The notes below the pieces were generated by a model. That model was not told the DNA's origin. It worked only from the letters and a program-made list of their open reading frames with translations, and did not search any database. From NCBI RefSeq assembly GCF_000011125.1, contig NC_000854.2, positions 330,001 to 362,000 of the forward strand: DNA of 32,000 nucleotides. The letters run 5' to 3'. Positions 26,687-32,000 of this stretch are shown here, in pieces. Every line of letters starts with the position of its first letter. The stretch's first letter is position 1. This DNA is from Aeropyrum pernix K1 (GTDB lineage: Archaea; Thermoproteota; Thermoprotei_A; Sulfolobales; Acidilobaceae). A program made the translations under genes and the position numbers.

Positions 26687-27799
26687 CTATATAACGCCCG
26701 TCTTGCGCGCCAGCGCCTCAGCCGCCTCTCTCGTGAGCCCCTTTTCACCTAGTATGGTGTACCTCTCCGGTCTGATCCTGGCTGCTATAGTGAGGGCCTC
26801 AACAACCTCATCATCCTCGACACCAAGCTCCTTGGCGTTAGTGGGGGCGCCGACCGTCTTCAGCAGGCCCCTTATCCTCCTCCAGTTCTTACCGTGGAGG
26901 TAGGCCATCATTATAGTCCCCACCCCAACCGCCTCGCCGTGGAGAGGCTTGTTCCTAGCGACTATGTGGAGGGCGTGGGCGAAGAGGTGTTCACTGCCGC
27001 TTGCAGGCCTCGTGCTACCGGCTATACACATCGACACCCCGCTGCTCACGAGAGCCTCCAGCAGCACTCTATAGCCCTCCCTCGTACCCAGCGCTATCTC
27101 CTCGGCGTACTGGCTCACATGTTTGGCGCTCAGGAGGGCGAGACTGGCGGCGTATTCGCCATAGTATTCCAGCCTGAGCTTGTGGGCCAGCCTCCAGTCG
27201 AGGACTGCAGTATACTTGCCTATCAGGTCTCCGAAGCCAGCGATGTTGTAGCGCCTGGGAGCCTCCGCTATCACATCCACATCTATAATTATCGCCTCCG
27301 GAGCCTTAGCGGGCCTCGATATAGGCTTGTCGAACCCCTTCAGGCTTGAGAATGGCGATGTTATCCCGTCGTGGCTAGCCACGGTGGGTATGCTGACGAA
27401 AACCGAGCCCGCCCTTTTTGAAGCGTACTTAGCAACGTCTATCGACTTCCCACCTCCCAGGCCCGCCACAACCTCTATCCTGCTCTCAAGAGCCTCACGG
27501 GCCACCTCCTCAGCAGTCTCAACCGTGGCGTCCCTGATTATCTTCAGGCCGACTGTAAGGCCCTCGGCCTCGAGGCTGGCTCTAAGCCTCTCGAAGTATT
27601 TCGAGGACACCGTTGGGCCGGATACGACGAGCACATAGCTGCCTCGCTGAGCCACCCCAGATACATAGCCGCCCGCCTTGTCGAGAACGCCTCCGCCGAC
27701 TACTATAGTCCTCGGGAGGTCTATCCTGTGGAACGAGGTATACAACCCTGCTACACCCGCCGCGCTGGACCGGCTTCCAGCCACGCTATGGTACAGCAT
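26687..27799 (-). CDS. egsA: sn-glycerol-1-phosphate dehydrogenase
   Basis: VVAGLGGGKSIDVAKYAS, VSIPTVASHDGITSPFSSLKGF, LRLEYYGEYAASLALLSAKHV, LFAHALH, HGEAVGVGTIMMAYLHG. True start probably downstream of the track start (around LYTSFHRIDLPRTIVVGG). Confidence 0.93.
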   Translation of the reverse strand: MLYHSVAGSRSSAAGVAGLYTSFHRIDLPRTIVVGGGVLDKAGGYVSGVAQRGSYVLVVSGPTVSSKYFERLRASLEAEGLTVGLKIIRDATVETAEEVAREALESRIEVVAGLGGGKSIDVAKYASKRAGSVFVSIPTVASHDGITSPFSSLKGFDKPISRPAKAPEAIIIDVDVIAEAPRRYNIAGFGDLIGKYTAVLDWRLAHKLRLEYYGEYAASLALLSAKHVSQYAEEIALGTREGYRVLLEALVSSGVSMCIAGSTRPASGSEHLFAHALHIVARNKPLHGEAVGVGTIMMAYLHGKNWRRIRGLLKTVGAPTNAKELGVEDDEVVEALTIAARIRPERYTILGEKGLTREAAEALARKTGVI

Positions 27800-27891
27800 T
27801 CCCCGGAGTCTTAGTTACGCCTCGGAGCCTTTAATAGAAGGCAACGTTAATAGTCCTCTAGCCCCACTAGCTTACACCGGTAGTTCACCTG

Positions 27892-28571
27892 CTATGGGGG
27901 CTGGTTGCAAAGTGGCAGAATGGATAGCAGGCGGGCTGGAGGGCCCCGCTGGCAGAGGACTTGACGAGAGGGTTGTCAGGAGTGGCACTACTACTGTAGG
28001 CCTCATCGCATCAGACCACGTCATCCTCGCTGCCGATAAGAGGGCTACGGCAGGATTCTTGATAGCTAGCAGGCGCGTAAAGAAAATAGTCATGCTCTCA
28101 AACTACGTCGCCATGACGGTCTCAGGCCTGGTAGCAGACGCCCAGATACTCTCAGACGTGCTGAGGGAGGAGATCAGGCTGTACGAGATGACTAATAAGG
28201 TCAAGCCGAGTGTAAGGTTCGTCGCGAGCCTCCTGTCCAACATACTCTTCAGCAGCAAGTTCTTCCCCTACATAGTACAGCTTATAGTCGGCGGCTACGA
28301 CACCCAGCCAAGACTCTACACTCTAGACCTCTTCGGAAGTATAACCGAGGACAAGTATACCGCCACAGGCTCCGGCTCCCCAATAGCCTACGGAGTTCTC
28401 GAGGAGAGATACAGGGAGGATCTAAGCGTAGAGGAAGCAATTAAGGTAGCCACCACCGCCATACGCTCCGCGGTACTAAGAGACGCGGCCTCAGGAGATG
28501 GGGCTGACGTCGTTGTGATAGGCCCGCAGGGCTACGAGGAGAAGTTTATACCGTACAACAGCCTCGTATAG
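27892..28571 (+). CDS. psmB: proteasome beta subunit with canonical catalytic Thr1
   Basis: MGAGCKVAEWIAGGLEGPAGRGLDERVVRSG|TTTVGLIASDHVILAADKRATAGFLIASRRVKKIVMLSNYVAMTVSGL...SGDGADVVVI. The track ORF starts at 27678, but that part overlaps egsA. Confidence 0.93.
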
Positions 28572-28651
28572 CTCGGCTATCGTTAAATATTTATAAAAAT
28601 ATTACCCCTAAAATACAATCCCGGGCATAAGGACAGCCGCTCTAATACACA

Positions 28652-28703
28652 CTCTCGAGGGGCGTCTGTAACCAACCCCTAGAGTGGGAGACGCCCGGGA
28701 GAG
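28652..28703 (+). other. strong hairpin in leader upstream of the beta-CASP nuclease gene
   Basis: CTCTC-gag-GGGCGTCT (28652-28667) pairs with AGACGCCC-gg-GAGAG (28689-28703). AT-rich taaatatttataaaaatatta lies just upstream at about 28583-28605. Confidence 0.55.
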
Positions 28704-28759
28704 ATCCCCGGGTCCTTGCGGGTCGCGGGCTCTATGGGAGAAGGTGGTGTAGGCCTGGG

Positions 28760-28780
28760 GTTTAGCTTGAATGCCTAAAC
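28760..28780 (+). other. second small hairpin GTTTAG-N9-CTAAAC in the same leader
   Basis: gtttagcttgaatgcctaaac read directly, about 28 nt upstream of the proposed start. Confidence 0.5.
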
Positions 28781-28807
28781 GTCTTCGGGAGCGTGTGGTG
28801 GTCAGGC

Positions 28808-30823
28808 TTGGCTAGCCAATCTAAGGCTCAGGAGACGCCCGGAAGGAGAGGTCTCGAGGAGAGGAAGCAGCTTATAATGGAGATATACAACTCGCTACGC
28901 TCAGCAGACATAGCTAGCATAGAGTTCGAGGGGCCTGAGATCGCTGTCTACATAAGGAACCCCAAGTTCATAGTTGAGAACGAGAACGTTGTCAAGGATC
29001 TAGCCAGGAAGCTTAGGAAGCGCATAGTAGTCAGGACCCACCCGAAGTCCAGGAAGAGCATGGAGTACACTATAAAGTTTATTAGGGAGAACGTGCCCCC
29101 CGACGTAGGCATCGTCGACATACAGTTCGACGACGTCCTCGGAGAGGTTAGGGTTATCGCTGAGAAGCCCGGGAAGCTCATGGGCAGGGGAAAGGTCTTC
29201 AGAAATCTCGTGCTGGCAGAGACTGGCTGGAGGCTTGAGGTCTATAGGAAACCGCTGCTGCAGAGCGGCCTGCTGGATAGTGTGCTCCGCCACCTTCAGA
29301 GGCACGCTGAGGAGAGGAGGAGGGCTCTCAGGGATATAGGCGAGAGGATCTTCCGTGACACGCTGATAGGCACTAGGCACGTGAGGGTGGTAGGGCTAGG
29401 GAGCTTCGGAGAGGTGGGCCGCTCCGCCATACTCGTCGACACAGGGGAGAGTAAGGTCCTCCTAGACGCCGGTCTCTCACCCTCCGGCTACGGGCCCGAC
29501 AGCTACCCCTACTACTGGTCTCCAGAGTTCAGGGTTGACGAGCTGGACGCCGTGGTCATAAGCCACGCCCACCTGGACCACGTCGGCACCCTCCCGCTCC
29601 TTTTCAAATACGGTTTCAGAGGCCCCGTGTACGCCACGCCGCCTACGAGAGATATCATGATCATAGTTCTGAGGGACCTAATAAACCTCATGAGAAAAGC
29701 TCAGGGGGAGCCCCCCTTCGAGCCGAGGGACGTTGAGAAGGCGCTGACGAGGCTCATACCCGTGAACTATAACACTGTCACAGACGTCGCCCCCGACATC
29801 AAGATGACCTTCATAAACGCGGGCCACATACTAGGCAGCTCCATGGTGCACCTACATATAGGGCAGGGGCTCTACAACATACTCTACACTGCAGACTTCA
29901 AGTTCTACAGGATAAAGAACGACAGAAGCACAAGACTACTACCACCGGCAGAATACTCTTTCCAGCGCGTAGAGGCGCTGATAATGGAGGCAACCTACGG
30001 CTCTAAGGAGACGCAGCCGAGGGCCGAGGCTGAGGAGGAGCTTATCAACCTGGTAAACAAGGTCTACAAGAGGGGGGGTAAGCTTCTTATACCTGTTATG
30101 GCTGTGGGGAGGGGGCAGGAGATACTTGTCGTCCTGAACGAGGCCCTCAGGTCTGGCAAGATACCCGAGATCCCCATATATGTCGATGGCATGGTGTACG
30201 AGGTCACAGCTGTTTATACCAACTACCCCGAGCTTCTGGTGAAGCCGATAAGGGATAGGATACTCAAGCAGGGGGAGAACCCATTCGAGGGGCCCACCAC
30301 CGTCTACGTCACCGACCACTACAAGAGGGATGAGGCCATGTACAGCGACAAGCCTGCTATAATACTCTCAACCAGCGGCATGATGAACGGCGGACCCATA
30401 GTAGAGTACTTCAAGTACCTAGCCGACGATCCTAGGAACGCCCTGGCCTTCGTCAGCTACCAGGCGCCTGGCACGCTGGGCAGGAGGCTCCAGAGCGGGG
30501 AGAGGGAGATAGAGCTTGAGATGGATGGCGGGATAAGGAGGATAAAGGTTAACATGGAGATAGTCTCGATAGAGGGGTTCACAGGCCACTCTACGAGGGG
30601 CGAACTCCTCTCGTTCCTCAGGAGGCTCAATCCAAAGCCGAGGAACATAGTGTTGAACCACGGCGAGCCCTCGGCAATAGCGGCTCTCGCCCACACTGTG
30701 AAAACTGGCTGGTCGAAGCTAGGCTTCGAATCACCCCCCATAATAGAGGCTCCGGAGAACCTGGAGGGCGTGAGGCTCTACCCGAGGAACCTGAAGATGA
30801 AGCTAGCCCTACAGCACTCCTGA
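28808..30823 (+). CDS. fttA: FttA/aCPSF1: KH-domain beta-CASP metallo-beta-lactamase ribonuclease (archaeal termination factor)
   Basis: N-terminal KH IASIEFEGPEIAVYIRNP; DAVVISHAHLDHVGTLPLLFKYGF; VYVTDHY; IILSTSGMMNGGP; SFVSYQAPGTLGR; EGFTGHSTRGELLSFLRRLNPKPRNIVLNHGEPSA. A TTG at 28808 preceded by ggtg looks better than the track GTG at 28793. Confidence 0.93.
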   Translation: MASQSKAQETPGRRGLEERKQLIMEIYNSLRSADIASIEFEGPEIAVYIRNPKFIVENENVVKDLARKLRKRIVVRTHPKSRKSMEYTIKFIRENVPPDVGIVDIQFDDVLGEVRVIAEKPGKLMGRGKVFRNLVLAETGWRLEVYRKPLLQSGLLDSVLRHLQRHAEERRRALRDIGERIFRDTLIGTRHVRVVGLGSFGEVGRSAILVDTGESKVLLDAGLSPSGYGPDSYPYYWSPEFRVDELDAVVISHAHLDHVGTLPLLFKYGFRGPVYATPPTRDIMIIVLRDLINLMRKAQGEPPFEPRDVEKALTRLIPVNYNTVTDVAPDIKMTFINAGHILGSSMVHLHIGQGLYNILYTADFKFYRIKNDRSTRLLPPAEYSFQRVEALIMEATYGSKETQPRAEAEEELINLVNKVYKRGGKLLIPVMAVGRGQEILVVLNEALRSGKIPEIPIYVDGMVYEVTAVYTNYPELLVKPIRDRILKQGENPFEGPTTVYVTDHYKRDEAMYSDKPAIILSTSGMMNGGPIVEYFKYLADDPRNALAFVSYQAPGTLGRRLQSGEREIELEMDGGIRRIKVNMEIVSIEGFTGHSTRGELLSFLRRLNPKPRNIVLNHGEPSAIAALAHTVKTGWSKLGFESPPIIEAPENLEGVRLYPRNLKMKLALQHS

Positions 30824-30841
30824 AACCGCGGAGGCCAAGGC

Positions 30842-31402
30842 CTACGAGAGCCTCTTCCCAACCTCCTGCGCCAGCTCCCAGAGAGCATCCCCCAGCCTGT
30901 GCACCCTCCTAACAGCCCTACCCCTAGCTTTCTCCCTATAGAGCTTCTCCAACGCGCTGCTGTCAACCTCGGCTACGCCAACCATAACAGGCGTTCTGGT
31001 CTCGTGGTATAGCGCGGCCACTACGTCGCCCCGCGTGAAGCTGCCCTCCACGCCGACGACGCCCGGGATCATAAGGTGGGCGCCCTTGGCTAGAGCTATC
31101 GCCGCGCCCTTATCTACGAGTACAACGCCCTTCAGCCAATCCACGCCGAAGGCCTTGAGACACTGGAGCGTGGGGTATATCCTGCCGTCGCTCCACTCGA
31201 AAAGGCATGGCACACCATCCACTGTTATTATCTCGTACTCGCCGGAGTCCGTCCTCGCCTTAACCAGCCGCAGATCAGCCTTCTCGCTGAAAGGAATCCG
31301 TGTATAGTAGGGTTTGAGCCTCTCCAGGAGGCTACGCCTCTCCTTCTTCGACAGCGCCCTCGCCTCCAGCCTCGCCAAACCGACCAACCTCGCCCATAGC
31401 AT
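30842..31402 (-). CDS. PUA-domain protein (MCT-1-like)
   Basis: LSKKERRSLLERLKPYY, AIALAKGAHLMIPGVVGVEGSFTRGDVVAALYHETRTPVMVGVAEVDS. An ATG at 31402 is a plausible start; the track ORF extends to 31459. Confidence 0.75.
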   Translation of the reverse strand: MLWARLVGLARLEARALSKKERRSLLERLKPYYTRIPFSEKADLRLVKARTDSGEYEIITVDGVPCLFEWSDGRIYPTLQCLKAFGVDWLKGVVLVDKGAAIALAKGAHLMIPGVVGVEGSFTRGDVVAALYHETRTPVMVGVAEVDSSALEKLYREKARGRAVRRVHRLGDALWELAQEVGKRLS

Positions 31403-31518
31403 GAGCCATGATTGGATAGTAGGGTCTAGGCGTGATAAAGCGGTTGGGAGAGATCCCAATAGCCTTATAGGCTTGGAATACAGCCCTTTTACTTAGGCTT
31501 AATCCAAGGTGTAGAGTC

Positions 31519-31752
31519 GTGAGCGGGCCGATAACTCTGCCCACGCTGAGGATGATGCTGGACTATGTGGACACGCCCGTGCTAGTCAAGCTTAAGAGCG
31601 GGCTCAGGATAAAGGGTGTCCTGAAGACCTATGATCAGCACCTTAACATAATACTCGGCGATGCAGAAGAGATAGGGGAGACCTCCATCAGGAGGCTAGG
31701 GCTGACTCTGGTGAGGGGGGATAGCGTAGTAGTGATAACCCCTGCCGCTTGA
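31519..31752 (+). CDS. Sm-like archaeal protein (LSm)
   Basis: TPVLVKLKSGLRIKGVLKTYDQHLNIILGDAEEI (Sm1) and VRGDSVVVITP (Sm2). Confidence 0.93.
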   Translation: MSGPITLPTLRMMLDYVDTPVLVKLKSGLRIKGVLKTYDQHLNIILGDAEEIGETSIRRLGLTLVRGDSVVVITPAA

Positions 31753-31781
31753 CGCCCTAGCTGTGGGGGTGTAGCGTAGGC

Positions 31782-31970
31782 ATGGGTAAGGGAACGCCGA
31801 GCATGGGCAAACACGGGAGGAGCAAGACCCACATAGTGTGCAGGAGGTGCGGCAGGAGGTCCTACAATGTTGCCAAGGGTTACTGCGCAGCCTGCGGCTT
31901 CGGGAGAAGCAGGAGGATGAGGAGGTATAGCTGGCAGAACAAGAAGTGGAATAGAGTACGCGTGGTATAG
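31782..31970 (+). CDS. rpl37e: 50S ribosomal protein L37e
   Basis: [56 protein letters not shown]; CxxC...CxxC zinc ribbon. Confidence 0.97.
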   Translation: MGKGTPSMGKHGRSKTHIVCRRCGRRSYNVAKGYCAACGFGRSRRMRRYSWQNKKWNRVRVV

Positions 31971-32000
31971 AATTATAAGATCCTCTACACCCGCTCCCAA

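Noticed and set aside
27678-27891. N-terminal extension of the proteasome beta ORF
   Set aside because: Overlaps egsA and its promoter region on the opposite strand; propeptide start at 27892 is sufficient.
28620-28860. Possible SRP (7S) or RNase P RNA, because of GTAACC, GGTCAGG and CCCGGAAGG fragments
   Set aside because: The fragments are not arranged as SRP helix 8, no AGCAG loop partner is present, the 3' part is coding, and no GAGGAAAGTC-like RNase P core was seen. Only the hairpins are retained.
31635-32000. Minus ORF of 121 aa at right edge
   Set aside because: Antisense to LSm and L37e genes, which are unambiguous.
1-32000. CRISPR array, transposase, phage or large defence island
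   Set aside because: I found no regularly spaced repeats, transposase or integrase motifs, or Cas/defence domains in the window; only the edge antitoxin fragment is accessory-like.

Overview
This 32 kb window is dense, GC-rich crenarchaeal chromosome. The gene content and GTG/TTG start usage look like Aeropyrum or another Desulfurococcales genome; that is my inference, not a database match. It is mostly informational and housekeeping DNA: Orc1/Cdc6, pyruvate kinase, RNase HII, Trm10-like and Nep1 RNA methyltransferases, a Trm112-like zinc protein, endonuclease V, two proteasome beta subunits, a short TFB-like protein, Nog1-like GTPase, RtcA, NadM, a NSUN-type m5C methyltransferase with a NIP7/PUA protein, FKBP, G1P dehydrogenase, the beta-CASP nuclease FttA/aCPSF1, SmAP and L37e. 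Four tRNAs can be read directly: Val-CAC, Ala-CGC, Pro-TGG and Ser-CGA. The Ser gene carries a 36-nt intron at 37/38, and all four genes encode their CCA. I saw no CRISPR array, transposon or obvious defence island. The items most worth following up are: (a) a leader upstream of FttA with two possible pairing partners for one arm; (b) a proteasome beta paralog whose Thr1 position reads Ala, 7-8 kb from a canonical TTTVG beta; (c) the intron-containing tRNA-Ser 6 nt from tRNA-Pro; (d) a short, apparently single-cyclin TFB-like factor; (e) a 425-aa protein of unknown family next to a truncated GlcF/HdrC-like ferredoxin; (f) a possible ORB-like element beside orc1/cdc6; (g) a truncated DUF104-like antitoxin start at the left edge.
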